A stretch of DNA of 64,000 nucleotides from Eledone cirrhosa (taxonomy: Eukaryota), in NCBI GenBank assembly GCA_964016885.1, contig OZ024742.1, positions 290,160,001-290,224,000 of the forward strand, in the 5' to 3' direction. Position 1 is the first letter of the stretch, and every line of letters starts with the position of its first letter. Below are positions 1-21,041 of the stretch, one piece after another. The position numbers and the translations under genes were made by a program. The notes beneath the pieces were generated by a model that was not told the DNA's origin, did no database searches, and worked only from the letters and a program-made list of their open reading frames with translations.

Positions 1-1958
1 ACATGGTTCAATCCTCCCCACAACGCCGAGGTGACAACTCCTATCGGGAAAATCTTCTTTAGGCTCATTGAAAAACACTTCCCACTACAACACCGCTACC
101 ACAACATAATTAACAAAAATACCATCAAACTCTCCAACAGCACCACACCAAACTTTGCACAAAACATCGTCTCCTCTAACAACAAAAAAACTCAACCCCT
201 ATGGAAGAAATAACCTAAATAGCAGTGGAGAGCCGACCAGGAGGTGCAACTGTCCTGATGGATCCATTTGCCCCCTCGACAACAGATGCAGAGATCGTAA
301 TGTGATCTACCAGTGCAACGTGAGGACGGACACCTCCAACAAAGCTTATATAGGATTAACCGCATGTGACTTCAAGACCCGGCTATACCAACACAGACAT
401 ACCTTCCGAAACCCGTCCCGGCGTCACGCCACTACACTTTCGGGCCACATATGGACCTCAAGGATAACAATATTACCTATGATCTCACTTGGAGCTTACT
501 GTCCAGAGCCAACTCTTACACGGGAGGACGCCGTCCGTGCAATTTATGCTCGGAGGAAACTTTACAAATGCTGTTTTCGACGGACCGACTCCTAAACAAG
601 AAAGATGAACTGGTAACTGCATGTAAACACAGATTGCGTAGGCCTTACCTCGCCCTCAAACCCCATAATGACCCGGGGGGGGGGGGTAGACTAGGGCTAT
701 AACACCCCACTTGCCGATTTTGTAATGGGTAACCCCTGCTTGCAAAGGTAGACGTAAGATCTTCTTTTATATCTTTTTATCACTTCCTCTATATTTCCTT
801 CTTCCCCCCCCATCCCTCCCTAGTCCTTCCACCCCAGTCCTCTTTCTTTGTCGTCGTCCTTTTCACTTTCTCGCCCACCCGAGGCAGCCCCTCGGTCCTC
901 TGTAGCCTCAGTCCCCCACCCCCTTCCCCTATTCTATGATAGAATTGGCCGACTCCGCTTTTTATAGCAGATGTGTTAGACCCTGGATACTTGCCTTCTT
1001 ATCCGATGGCTGCCCCTTTTCCTTGCTTTCTATATTTCTTAGTGGTATCTTTGCTTTAATTTCTCGTATATCAGTATTTAAATTTTTGGGGGTGGGGGGT
1101 GGGGGGGATTCTGAATTAATTTTCCGTATCAAATTTTTCATATACTTCGTACGAGCATTTATATTTATGTAGTTTGCACTAGAATTTTTGTATCATGGCG
1201 GCACCCTTAGAGATAGTATTAGTATTCTTTTTCGGGATTCTGAATTATTATTTCATATTAGTTTGTTTTTTTTGCACTGGATGGTTGCTGGCCTTGTGTC
1301 TGGGGTAGAAACCTTTATTTCGTACTGGTCTCGGGACTCTGAATTATTATTTTGTGGTAGTTTCTTTAGTATTTTGGCCCCCCACTTGTTGACCCGTCAC
1401 CGTAAGATATACTCGGTTGATTACTTATACCACTTAAAAGGGTCTCATTATAATTCCGTACCACCTAGTAAACCTTTCTTTAGTCTAGCAGTACCAGTGA
1501 ACGACTTGATAGCTGTCCTTAGGTTATAGTAACCAGAAATTGTTTTTTTTTTACATTTAATTGTTTTTTAACATTCTCGGTTTTTTTCTATATATTTACC
1601 TCATATTGTTTTACTTATTGTTTCAACTGCCTACCCCTCCCCTTCCCTAGTATACTTCTTTGACCTCCTGCCCAGCTGTAGCTGGCACTATCAACGCACG
1701 ACTGGGTTTCCTCCACCCCCTCTCCCTCTTTCTTCTACTGGCAGGTTCAGCTACCCCTTCCCTCCACAAATTGCCATGATAGAATTATGTGTCTCAACAA
1801 CAAACTTTTGACCAATCCTTGTGACAATCACTTTTACCATATATTGAATTACCCCCTGAGAAGCCCGGCTATTCATATGCCAGGATAAAAATTTTCATTT
1901 AGTCCAGAATTAGCCATCGAAACGGCTTGAGCTCAGCCGTCGGGGTCCTACTCGTTCC
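1..1958 (+). mobile_element. Penelope-like element family A, copy 1: ORF 3' end (frameshifted) plus 3' UTR/pseudo-LTR, running into (TA)n
   Basis: ORF pieces 31-702 carry RCNCPDGSICPL (CxCx5C), VIYQC..AYIGLT (GIY-YIG) and CNLC..CKH. The region aligns with the minus-strand copy at 30867-33000 and has an HHR at 1851-1946. Confidence 0.9.
1851..1946 (+). ncRNA. Type I hammerhead ribozyme motif, family A (core mutated to CUGAGAA)
   Basis: ACCCC-CTGAGAA-[..CGGCTA..TAGCC..]-GAAA-CGGCT TGAGCTC AGCCG-TC-GGGGT. The sister copies have TTGAGAA. Confidence 0.75.
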
Positions 1959-2035
1959 TATATACATATATATATTTACATATATATATATACATATATA
2001 TATATACATATATATATACATTTATATATATATAC

Positions 2036-2068
<33 letters not shown>

Positions 2069-2101
2069 CATATATATATACATATACATTTATATATATA
2101 C

Positions 2102-2148
<47 letters not shown>

Positions 2149-2149
2149 C

Positions 2150-2212
<63 letters not shown>

Positions 2213-2303
2213 CATATATATATACATATATATATATATACATATATATATACATACATATATATATATACATATATATATATACATACATATATATATA
2301 TAC

Positions 2304-2340
<37 letters not shown>

Positions 2341-2349
2341 CATATATAT

Positions 2350-2382
<33 letters not shown>

Positions 2383-2603
2383 TATATATATACATATATA
2401 TATATATTTATATATATACATATATATATACATATATATATATACATATATACATATATACATATATATATACATATATATATATACATATATATATACA
2501 TATATATATACATATATATATATAGATATATACATATATACATATATATATACATATATATACATATATATACATATATATATATATACATATATATACA
2601 TAC

Positions 2604-2693
<90 letters not shown>

Positions 2694-2696
2694 GTA
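1959..2696. repeat. Interrupted (TA)n microsatellite (CA interruptions on +)
   Basis: Seen directly in the sequence. Confidence 0.98.
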
Positions 2697-2881
2697 GATA
2701 AATCTACCAAGAGTTTACGGTAGTGTCCAATCCGTATGAAGAACTCAATGTATTCCGGATATCATGGAAAGAAGAGATGTAATGAAAATCCACTTTCGGT
2801 GAAAGATAAACGGTATACAGAGTCAAGATAAAATATTAAACAAATAATGAATAAACAATTCCTTATATTAAACAAAAAAAG

Positions 2882-3036
2882 TTCATTATTTAACGATCGT
2901 TTCTAGGGTATATATGTGTTATAATTGGTATGCATATTCAACAGATCTATGTACAAAATTATACAAAATTATACAAATTATCAAGATTAAATATACATAC
3001 CTAACACATATATACGCCGTCTTCAGAAATAATGAA
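2882..3036 (-). ncRNA. Hammerhead motif, family B (minus copy)
   Basis: Reverse complement of 5411-5565. Confidence 0.75.
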
Positions 3037-3860
3037 GTATATTTATTGATAATAACAACAATTCAAAATATCAGTTCAAAATTGACCAATGAAAACACAA
3101 AGGGTTAAAAGCAGTTCGGTGTGTGTATATACATTTAAAATCCTTACACATATTTTACAAAAATGTGTGTATAATTTGTATACGCATACTAAAAAGATGG
3201 ATGCAAACACAAAATTTCAAGGTTAATATCTCTGTAAGCTCAAAATGCGCTGATAAGATGCGCATTGATACTTATGGAGTCAAGCATATAAATATATTTT
3301 TTTTCATACTCACACATATCAGTATAATCACACATACATGCGCGTATATGCATAAATATACACATAACCACGAACACACAAACACACACACACCCCCACT
3401 CACATTTATATATGTGGATATAAAATCATAAGCACATAGAAATTAAATCACTCACACAAAACACTGGCACACACATTTCAAGATCAAGATACAGAAATTA
3501 GGTGGGAGGGGGGGGGAAGGGGTCAGTATTCAATTGTCTGAGCAGACTGCCTAATATAAATGTATCTATAAATTAAGAAAAATAAAAAAATAAAACAATA
3601 AAATATAATAAATATAATATAATATACATACACATACAGATATATATACACATACATACATGTACGCGCACATAGAAATATTTACGCATACACACATACA
3701 CACATACATATACAGTCATACACACACATACACTTACACGAACATACACATACACATATAAAAGGATATATATATACACACACACACGCGCAACACATAC
3801 ACACATACACATATATATAAAAAATAGATAATAAAGATATATATCCATATATATATATAT

Positions 3861-3915
<55 letters not shown>

Positions 3916-4026
3916 CATACATATACATACACATACATCTAAATATACATACACATACATACACACATACATGTACATACATGTACATACATATACTCAC
4001 ATCGTATATATATATGTATGAGTCTA

Positions 4027-4075
<49 letters not shown>

Positions 4076-4395
4076 ATATGTGTGTGTATATATATATATA
4101 TATGTGTGTATGTATGTGTGTATATGTATATATATCTCTATTAATGCGTGTGTGTATGTATATACATATGCCTTTTTATTATTATTTTTATTTGTATGTC
4201 TGAGTTTGGTGAGGTTGTATTGTTTTTTATGTATATACACATATATGGAAGCGTATGTATTTATATATATGAGTATAAGTAGGTGCATATGTATGTATGA
4301 TTATATATCTAATTCTATGTATGAAGGTACATCTATATATATATATATACGTGTGTATGTAAGTTGTGTGTGTATGTATCTATATGTCTATGTGA

Positions 4396-4439
<44 letters not shown>

Positions 4440-4528
4440 CGATGTGCGTATATGTATGTACATGTATGTACATGTATGTGTGTATGTATGTGTATGTATA
4501 TTTAGATGTATGTGTATGTATATGTATG

Positions 4529-4587
<59 letters not shown>

Positions 4588-5410
4588 ATATATATATATA
4601 TGGATATATATCTTTATTATCTATTTTTTATATATATGTGTATGTGTGTATGTGTTGCGCGTGTGAGTGTGTATATATATATCCTTTTATATGTGTATGT
4701 GTATGTTCGTGTAAGTGTATGTGTGTGTATGACTGTATATGTATGTGTGTATGTGTGTATGCGTAAATATTTCTATGTGCGCGTACATGTATGTATGTGT
4801 ATATATATCTGTATGTGTATGTATATTATATTATATTTATTATATTTTATTGTTTTATTTTTTTATTTTTCTTAATTTATAGATACATTTATATTAGGCA
4901 GTCTGCTCAGACAATTGAATACTGACCCCTTCCCCCCCCTCCCACCTAATTTCTGTATCTTGATCTTGAAATGTGTGTGCCAGTGTTTTGTGTGAGTGAT
5001 TTAATTTCTATGTGCTTATGATTTTATATCCACATATATAAATGTGAGTGGGGGTGTGTGTGTGTTTGTGTGTTCGTGGTTATGTGTATATTTATGCATA
5101 TACGCGCATGTATGTGTGATTATACTGATATGTGTGAGTATGAAAAAAAATATATTTATATGCTTGACTCCATAAGTATCAATGCGCATCTTATCAGCGC
5201 ATTTTGAGCTTACAGAGATATTAACCTTGAAATTTTGTGTTTGCATCCATCTTTTTAGTATGCGTATACAAATTATACACACATTTTTGTAAAATATGTG
5301 TAAGGATTTTACATGTATATACACACACCGAACTGCTTTTAACCCTTTGTGTTTTCATTGGTCAATTTTGAACTGATATTTTGAATTGTTGTTATTATCA
5401 ATAAATATAC

Positions 5411-5565
5411 TTCATTATTTCTGAAGACGGCGTATATATGTGTTAGGTATGTATATTTAATCTTGATAATTTGTATAATTTTGTATAATTTTGTACATAG
5501 ATCTGTTGAATATGCATACCAATTATAACACATATATACCCTAGAAACGATCGTTAAATAATGAA
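5411..5565 (+). ncRNA. Hammerhead motif, family B
   Basis: TTCATTATTT-CTGAAGA-C[GGCGTATATATGTGTTA..TAACACATATATACCCT]A-GAAA-CGATCG-TT-AAATAATGAA: 10-bp stem I and palindromic stem III. Confidence 0.8.
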
Positions 5566-5616
5566 CTTTTTTTGTTTAATATAAGGAATTGTTTATTCAT
5601 TATTTGTTTAATATTT

Positions 5617-11058
<5,442 letters not shown>

Positions 11059-11067
11059 CATATATAC

Positions 11068-11098
<31 letters not shown>

Positions 11099-11191
11099 CA
11101 TATATATACATATATATATATATGTACATATATATATACATATATATATACATATATATATATATACATATATATATACATATATATATAC

Positions 11192-11312
<121 letters not shown>

Positions 11313-11361
11313 CATATATATACATATATATATACATATATATATATATACATATATATAC

Positions 11362-11462
<101 letters not shown>

Positions 11463-11463
11463 C

Positions 11464-11526
<63 letters not shown>

Positions 11527-11609
11527 TATATACATATATATATATATATACATATATATACACATATATACATATATATACATATATATATATACATATA
11601 TATATATAC

Positions 11610-11766
<157 letters not shown>

Positions 11767-11831
11767 CATATATATACATATATACATATATATACATATA
11801 TATATATTTATATATATATATATATATGTAC

Positions 11832-11896
<65 letters not shown>

Positions 11897-11897
11897 C

Positions 11898-11944
<47 letters not shown>

Positions 11945-11945
11945 A

Positions 11946-12626
11946 TTTTAACACTTTTAATGCTTGCACTATTTTTAATGCTTATAATATTTCTCCACAC
12001 ACAGACTATATCAATCATATAAAGAATTTGCCACCAGATCTACCAACCTAACACTCTTGTTTACCTATCGAAGTGCCTCTACCACACATATCTCTCTGCC
12101 ACACTATATAAACAAGACGCACATGCGTGCCATATAACATTTGCACTATAACATTTGCACTATATAACCGCTTATCTTCATGTTGTATTTTAACCTGTAT
12201 TTTTGATTTTTGATTGTACCTATTAATATAAATGTATTCTCGAAGTGTGTACTGCCACTCTAAATTCTGTAATGAATGTTGACCCAGAATGTTTGAATAT
12301 GTATCAATGTTTGAATATGTATCGGTATGTCTCTCGGCTGAAAAGGAGGTCATATAACTGTCCATGCATTAATAAATTGCTCCGAAGAATCCAAACCTCG
12401 GTTTGGAGGAAAAGCTGTAAGCACAATAATGTTTTGAACAGTTCTTTTATTATTATATTTCATATAACTGCTCTGTAAATCATCTGATGTTTTTACATTG
12501 AGCTACTTAACTTACTGGTAATAAGGTAGTAATACATTACTGCCTACCACTATTTAGGGTGTGTGTAAAATACTTATAACTGCTTAAAGTTTTGTATTTA
12601 CATAACCATAAATAGTATAACTAATA
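11946..12626 (+). mobile_element. Non-coding island, family D, with HHR-like motif
   Basis: Unique sequence bounded by TA tracts, with a motif at 12378-12423. Confidence 0.55.
12378..12423 (+). ncRNA. Hammerhead-like motif, family D (CCGAAGA core)
   Basis: TGCT-CCGAAGA-A-TCCAAACC TC GGTTTGGA-G-GAAA-AGCTG-TA-AGCA. Stem III is one base short of the palindrome CAGCTG. Confidence 0.55.
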
Positions 12627-12692
12627 CTATATATATATATACATATATATATATATACATATATAGATATATATATATATATACATATATAC

Positions 12693-13480
<788 letters not shown>

Positions 13481-13489
13481 CATATATAC

Positions 13490-13534
<45 letters not shown>

Positions 13535-13541
13535 TATATAC

Positions 13542-13572
<31 letters not shown>

Positions 13573-13820
13573 CATATATATATACATATATATATATATA
13601 CATATATATATACATATATATACATATATATATATATCATATATATATACATATATATATATATACATATATATATACATATATATATACATATATATAT
13701 ATATACATATATATATATACATATATATATACATATATATATATATACATATATATATATACATATATATATACATATATATATATATACATATATATAT
13801 ACATATATATATATATATAC

Positions 13821-13853
<33 letters not shown>

Positions 13854-13896
13854 CATATATATATACATATATATATATATATACATATATATATAC

Positions 13897-13947
<51 letters not shown>

Positions 13948-13952
13948 TATAT

Positions 13953-13997
13953 AATTAAGAAAGTGTACATCTATATATGTATACGGAAGTATCAGTA

Positions 13998-14069
<72 letters not shown>

Positions 14070-14550
14070 CACATATGTATACATATGTACATGTACCGAG
14101 CTTTTCACTAGACACTTTACAGTGAGTGTCCAGCTAGTCTGTATGTAAACAGACGAACCGGTTTTTAGAGTCATACGAGTTTTCAAGGAAAGCACATTTC
14201 CTCTATTCTCCAGAGAGCCAGACAGGAATATTGGACTAGTTTCGATGTTATTACATCTCATCAGCAATATATACCTATCTTTCCGGCTTCTCTGGAGAAT
14301 TGTAAAAGCACATATCGTTATATGCTTTTTCTATGAAAATCAGTAGTGGGCAGACTAATTTGCATAGAACGTGAAGTCATTGTACGCACCGGTTCAGCGG
14401 AAACGATAAAAACGAATAACGAAACGAAATTAAATTTCGTTTCGCTTCTAACTCACTTTTGAATGACTGACGCTTAAACAATTAAGTTAAAGTGTACATC
14501 TATATATGTATACGGAAGTATATATATATATATATATGTGGCATACTGAT
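13953..14550 (-). mobile_element. Retrozyme-like structured element, family F (~530-bp unit including an internal pure TA run)
   Basis: Terminal direct repeat AAAGTGTACATCTATATATGTATACGGAAGTAT at ~13960-13992 and ~14489-14521. Nested inverted repeats surround the HHR. 14541-14550 is an inverted copy of 13991-14000. Confidence 0.75.
14228..14270 (-). ncRNA. Canonical-core minimal hammerhead ribozyme, family F
   Basis: Reverse complement reads ATATTG-CTGATGA-GATGT AATA ACATC-GAAA-CTAG-TC-CAATAT, with perfect stems I and II. Confidence 0.9.
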
Positions 14551-14667
14551 ATATATATATATGTATATATATATGTATATATATATATATGTATATATAT
14601 GTATATATATATATATATATATGTATCTATATATGTATATATATATATGTATATATATATATGTATC

Positions 14668-14698
<31 letters not shown>

Positions 14699-14789
14699 GT
14701 ATATATATATGTATATATATATGTATATATATATGTATATATATATATGTATATATATATATATGTATATATATATGTATATATATATG

Positions 14790-14827
<38 letters not shown>

Positions 14828-14844
14828 TATGTATATATATATAC

Positions 14845-14949
<105 letters not shown>

Positions 14950-14977
14950 CATATATATATACATATATATATATTAC

Positions 14978-15009
<32 letters not shown>

Positions 15010-15088
15010 ATACATATATATATACATATATATATACATATATAATATATACATATATATATACATATATATATACATATATATATAC

Positions 15089-15137
<49 letters not shown>

Positions 15138-15229
15138 CCATATATATATAATACATATATATAGATACATATATATATATATATATAATACATATATATA
15201 CATATATATATATATACATATATATATAC

Positions 15230-15349
<120 letters not shown>

Positions 15350-15351
15350 GC

Positions 15352-15398
<47 letters not shown>

Positions 15399-15433
15399 CA
15401 TACTTATATATATATATACATATATATATATAC

Positions 15434-15591
<158 letters not shown>

Positions 15592-15632
15592 CGATATTAA
15601 ATAAATGGAAACTATATTTATAAAACCATATT

Positions 15633-15697
15633 TATTTCATTATATATATTCAGGGATATCATATTAACAATATGTTATGCCTTCTTCAGACAAAATA
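15633..15697 (-). ncRNA. Hammerhead motif, family G (minus copy; CUGAAGA, GAAA lacks one A)
   Basis: Reverse complement of 19125-19190 with two changes. Confidence 0.6.
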
Positions 15698-16461
15698 CAA
15701 TATAGACAGTTTTATAGATAAATAGATTTGACATACCGTTCAACATCGACTTGTATTTGAAAAAGTTGATTTGGCAGTGAAAAATTGTAAACAGAAAGAA
15801 AGAAAGAAAGAAAGAAAGAAGGAAAGAAAGAAAGAAAACGAAGAAAAAGAAGAAAAAGAAGAAATGCATGCAACAAAATAGAGAGATGGAAAGATAGATA
15901 AAGAGAATAACTTCATGTAAAGAAACAGAGAGAGATATATATAGAGAGAGGAAATAGATAGAGATAGATATATATAGAGAAAAGTAGGTAGTTGAACATC
16001 CGTTGAATGAACGTATCACTGATACATTTATTTATTTATTTATTTATTTAGCTCTAGTATTAATGTAAGGAGATATATGTGGTTAGGAAAGAAACCAGCC
16101 GTTATATAGGGAGAAAAATGAAAAGTAACCAGACATAGGCGAGGCAGAATTTAAAAAACCTATGTTTTAATGTAGAAATATTAGTTCGTATAAAACCAGG
16201 CACTATAATGTAAATATCAGTATTCCTGAATGAGACACGTATCCATAATGTGTGAAAGTAATGATCTTATGTCTAGTTTTAAAAATTCATATGTTTATAT
16301 GATAACTACAAACATCGATGTGAATTTACGTGATCAACTCTGCAAACCCCTATTTCACACGGAGAACATTCTCATTGTGCTATAAAAATTTAAGTATACA
16401 TATATGTGTATATATACACATATATATAGAGTCTATATTAATTTTAACAATACTATTCTTG

Positions 16462-17771
16462 ATTTAATGACAACTATGGACCAGAGCAGATAGAGATAGC
16501 AATTTTGACATTACTATGGGATCATCCGACTCAGCTCAGGTAACTGACCTTGTGGGCTTATTTTTAATCAATTCGCTACATAGGAAAATACCTGGTACTA
16601 CCGGAGGTTTATATAGAGATGACATGCTTTTACTTATTGATAGTAATAACTCTGAACTAAATAGAAAAAGAAAACAAATTACACAATTTTTTTATTACTT
16701 TAATCTAAAATAGAAATTGAGAACAACCATAGAATAGTCAATTTCCTAGATATAACATTAAATCTCAACACATGTCTTCACTATCCTTTTCACAAGTTGA
16801 ATGAAAACTTAAACTATGTCAGCTTTAACTCTAACCACCCCAGATCTGTCAAAAACACTATAGTAAACTCAGTTCAAAAACGTATCTCTAGAATCTCGTA
16901 TAATAGAAAGATTTTCGACGAAAAAGCCCAGTACTACAATGAAGCGTTAGCTAGAGCAAGATATAGTGATAAGATTATGTACATAGATAATGATAGACAA
17001 ACTAAACAAAATAACAACTATTTTAATTACGGCCACAACCTTAACAACTATAATAGAAAGCATTACAATAATTCCAAAAGCCAAAAAAGAAATAGAACTA
17101 GGAACATAATATGGTTTGCCCCCCCTTTCTCACTAAACATTAAAACCCACATCGCTAAACTATTTTTTAAAGCTCTTGATAATCGCTTCCCTAGAACACA
17201 TAGGTATCACTCAATTTTCAATAGACATACTATAAAATTAACCTACTCATCCACCAAAAATTTAGCACAAAATATTAATAGAATAAATAATAGGAACTTA
17301 AAACCTAGCGATAATAGCATAAATAATATACAAGTTAACAAATGTAACTGTAGAGATAGATCTAAATGTCCGTTAAATAACAACTGCTTAGTTAAAAATA
17401 TAATATACAACTGTAATGTTAAAACGGACTCTAATTCTTTTAACTACGTCGGTTCCACATCGACGGAATTTAAACTTCGCTATAATAACCACAAGAATTC
17501 TTTCACAGATCCAAGCAAAAAATCTTCAACAGCACTATCAGGCGTACTCTGGCAACTTAGGCAAGATAACGTTAGATATTCGACGGCTTGGAATATAGTC
17601 TCAAGAGGGATTCCTTTTAATTCATCCTCTGAGACATGTGACCACTGCGCGGAGGAGATATTCTTTATACTAAAATCTAAAAATTCCCTTAATCTACGGA
17701 CAAATTTATTCAGTTGCTGCAGACATAGATTGAACTCAACTTTTAAATATAAATTTAAATTTAAAATGTAG
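16462..17771 (+). pseudogene. PLE reverse transcriptase (C-terminal half) plus GIY-YIG endonuclease; truncated, frameshift at ~16710
   Basis: FDITMGSSDSAQVTDLVGLF, GGLYRDD, VNFLDITL, SNHP, WFAPPF, KCNCRDRSKCPL, IIYNC..NYVGST, RYNNH, CDHC..CRH. Confidence 0.9.
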
Positions 17772-19124
17772 TATATTTAGTTTGATTTATAATTATTTGG
17801 GAAACTAGCCGATAAATCTTTCGATTTCTTCTTTTTATTCTTCTTTTTATTTTTATTTTTATTTTTATTTAAACATTCTTCATGAAAAATTAAACTACCC
17901 TAAAAGTTGATGCTCCAAATATATCGAATAAACGTTACACTAGATAAACTTCTATATTAAATATAAGAACATATGTAGACCAAATGGGCATCCTAAACTT
18001 TTTGAAATGATTTCTGCTAGACGCGATTTGGTAAATAATTTCTAGCTTTGTCTGTTTTCGACTCTGATGCTTATAATGAACTTGGCAATATATTGTCAAT
18101 TAATTTTGAAGGGTTGATCTTTGTGGTCGATTTGCGTGGCATATTATGTTTCTATTATGTTTTTATTTTTATTATTTTAATAGTTTTTAATATTTTTAAT
18201 ATTTTTATTTTTAATATGTAATATTTTTTAGTTTTCTATTTTATTTATTTGTTTATTATTATTATTATTATTATTTTTGTTTTTGTTTCTGATATTTTTT
18301 TATTAATATATTGAAATCTTTTCTCTATTTCTGCTTGATAGATAATCATGTAGAGTAAAGACAAGAATAGTATTGTTAAAATTAATATAGACTCTATATA
18401 TATGTGTATATATACACATATATGTATACTTAAATTTTTATAGCACAATGAGAATGTTCTCCGTGTGAAATAGGGGTTTGCAGAGTTGATCACGTAAATT
18501 CACATCGATGTTTGTAGTTATCATATAAACATATGAATTTTTAAAACTAGACATAAGATCATTACTTTTCACACATTATGGATACGTGTCTCATTCAGGA
18601 ATACTGATATTTACATTATAGTGCCTGGTTTTTATACGAACTAATATTTCTACATTAAAACATAGGGTTTTTAAATTCTGCCTCGCCTATGTCTGGTTAC
18701 TTTTCATTTTTCTCCCTATATAACGGCTGGTTTCTTTCCTAACCACATATATCTCCCTTACATTAATACTAGAGCTAAATAAATAAATAAATAAATAAAT
18801 GTATCAGTGATACGTTCATTCAACGGATGTTCAACTACCTACTTTTCTCTATATATATCTATCTCTATCTATTTCCTCTCTCTATATATATCTCTCTCTG
18901 TTTCTTTACATGAAGTTATTCTCTTTATCTATCTTTCCATCTCTCTATTTTGTTGCATGCATTTCTTCTTTTTCTTCTTTTTCTTCGTTTTCTTTCTTTC
19001 TTTCCTTCTTTCTTTCTTTCTTTCTTTCTGTTTACAATTTTTCACTGCCAAATCAACTTTTTCAAATACAAGTCGATGTTGAACGGTATGTCAAATCTAT
19101 TTATCTATAAAACTGTCTATATTG

Positions 19125-19190
19125 TATTTTGTCTGAGGAAGGCATAACATATTGTTAATATGATATCCCTGAAATATATATAATGAAATA
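19125..19190 (+). ncRNA. Hammerhead motif, family G
   Basis: TATTTTGT-CTGAGGA-AGGCATA..TATCCCT-GAAA-TATATA-TA-ATGAAATA. Confidence 0.8.
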
Positions 19191-19317
19191 AATATGGTTT
19201 TATAAATATAGTTTCCATTTATTTAATATCGTAAATATACTCCAAATACTTGTTGAGTGCTTTTATATCAGTTATAAATATTTACTAGTTGTAACCCAAC
19301 AATTTAAATATAACTTT

Positions 19318-19372
<55 letters not shown>

Positions 19373-19403
19373 CATATACATATACATATACATATATATA
19401 TAC

Positions 19404-19448
<45 letters not shown>

Positions 19449-19485
19449 CATTTATATATATATATATATATACATATATATATAC

Positions 19486-19558
<73 letters not shown>

Positions 19559-19577
19559 TATATACATATATATATAC

Positions 19578-19614
<37 letters not shown>

Positions 19615-19633
19615 CATATATACATATATATAC

Positions 19634-19702
<69 letters not shown>

Positions 19703-19705
19703 TAT

Positions 19706-19782
<77 letters not shown>

Positions 19783-19795
19783 CATATATATATAC

Positions 19796-19828
<33 letters not shown>

Positions 19829-19829
<1 letters not shown>

Positions 19830-20917
19830 TTCGTTTCTGAATTTGTTTAGCAAGATTCATTATCTGAAATCGTGTGTTGAAACCGATATTGTTATACTTT
19901 GGGAGGGTCATGTTGCCAATAAGAAACACACGCACCAGTTGCTTTCACTTCAATTTATTATATATTTATAAATTTATAAATTTACAAATTTACAAACTTA
20001 TAAATTTCTGGTTGGTTGGTTGGTTCCACAACCAGGTAGTTGTTTATATATATATAGTCATAGTCCTTTCGTCACCCACTCTGTGACCTCTTCAGTGACT
20101 GGGGATTCCTTTCTTCGTTTCTGTGCCTTTCCTTTCTTCTATCCTACGCCATTTTGTTTCTGTGTGTGTGTTGTGTGCTCAGTTTGCGCATGCGCCACAT
20201 CCGGGTGTCTGTGTGTGTTTGTGTTCATTTTTCTATTTTTCTATTTATATTTTTCTATTTGTTTATTTATTTATTTATTTATTGTTGGTTGGTTGTTTGT
20301 TCTATGTGTGTGTGTGTTTTCATTTTGTCCTGTGTGTGTTTTCATTTTGTGTGTGTTTTCAATTGTAAGTTGTTTGTTCTATGTGTGTGTGTGTTTTCAT
20401 TTTGTCCCAAGGACAAAATGAAAACACACACACACATAGAACAAACAACTTACAATTGAAAACACACACAAAATGAAAACACACACAGGACAAAATGAAA
20501 ACACACACACACATAGAACAAACAACCAACCACCAACATGTAAATAAATAAATAAATAAATAAACAAATAGATAAATGAACACAAACACACACAGACACC
20601 CGGATGTGGCGCATGCGCAAACTGAGCACACAACACACACACAGAAACAAAATGGCGTAGGATAGAAGAAAGGAAAGGCACAGAAACGAAGAAAGGAATC
20701 CCCAGTCACTGAAGAGGTCACAGAGTGTGTGACGAAAGGACTATGACTATATATATATAAACAACTATCTGGTTGTGGAACCAACCAACCAACCAGAAAT
20801 TTATAAGTTTGTAAATTTGTAAATTTATAAATTTATAAATATATAATAAATTGAAGTGAAAGCAACTGGTGCGTGTGTTTCTTATTGGCAACATGACCCT
20901 CCCAAAGTATAACAATA
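19829..20917. mobile_element. Fold-back HHR element, family H (centre 20408-20410; left tail 19829-19887)
   Basis: About 510-bp inverted arms around CATTTTGTCC-CAA-GGACAAAATG, differing by SNPs and indels. TA on both sides. Confidence 0.85.
20704..20748 (+). ncRNA. Minimal hammerhead motif, family H (mirror copy 20056-20100 on minus)
   Basis: AGTCA-CTGAAGA-G-GTCACA GAGTG TGTGAC-GAAA-GGAC-TA-TGACT. Confidence 0.7.
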
Positions 20918-20954
20918 TATATATATACATATATATATATATACATATATATAC

Positions 20955-21035
<81 letters not shown>

Positions 21036-21041
21036 CATATA

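Noticed and set aside
12335-12390. Alternative HHR reading CTGAAAA-GGAG..CTCC-GAAG
   Set aside because: Both core halves are mismatched and there is no stem I or III; the 12378-12423 reading fits better.
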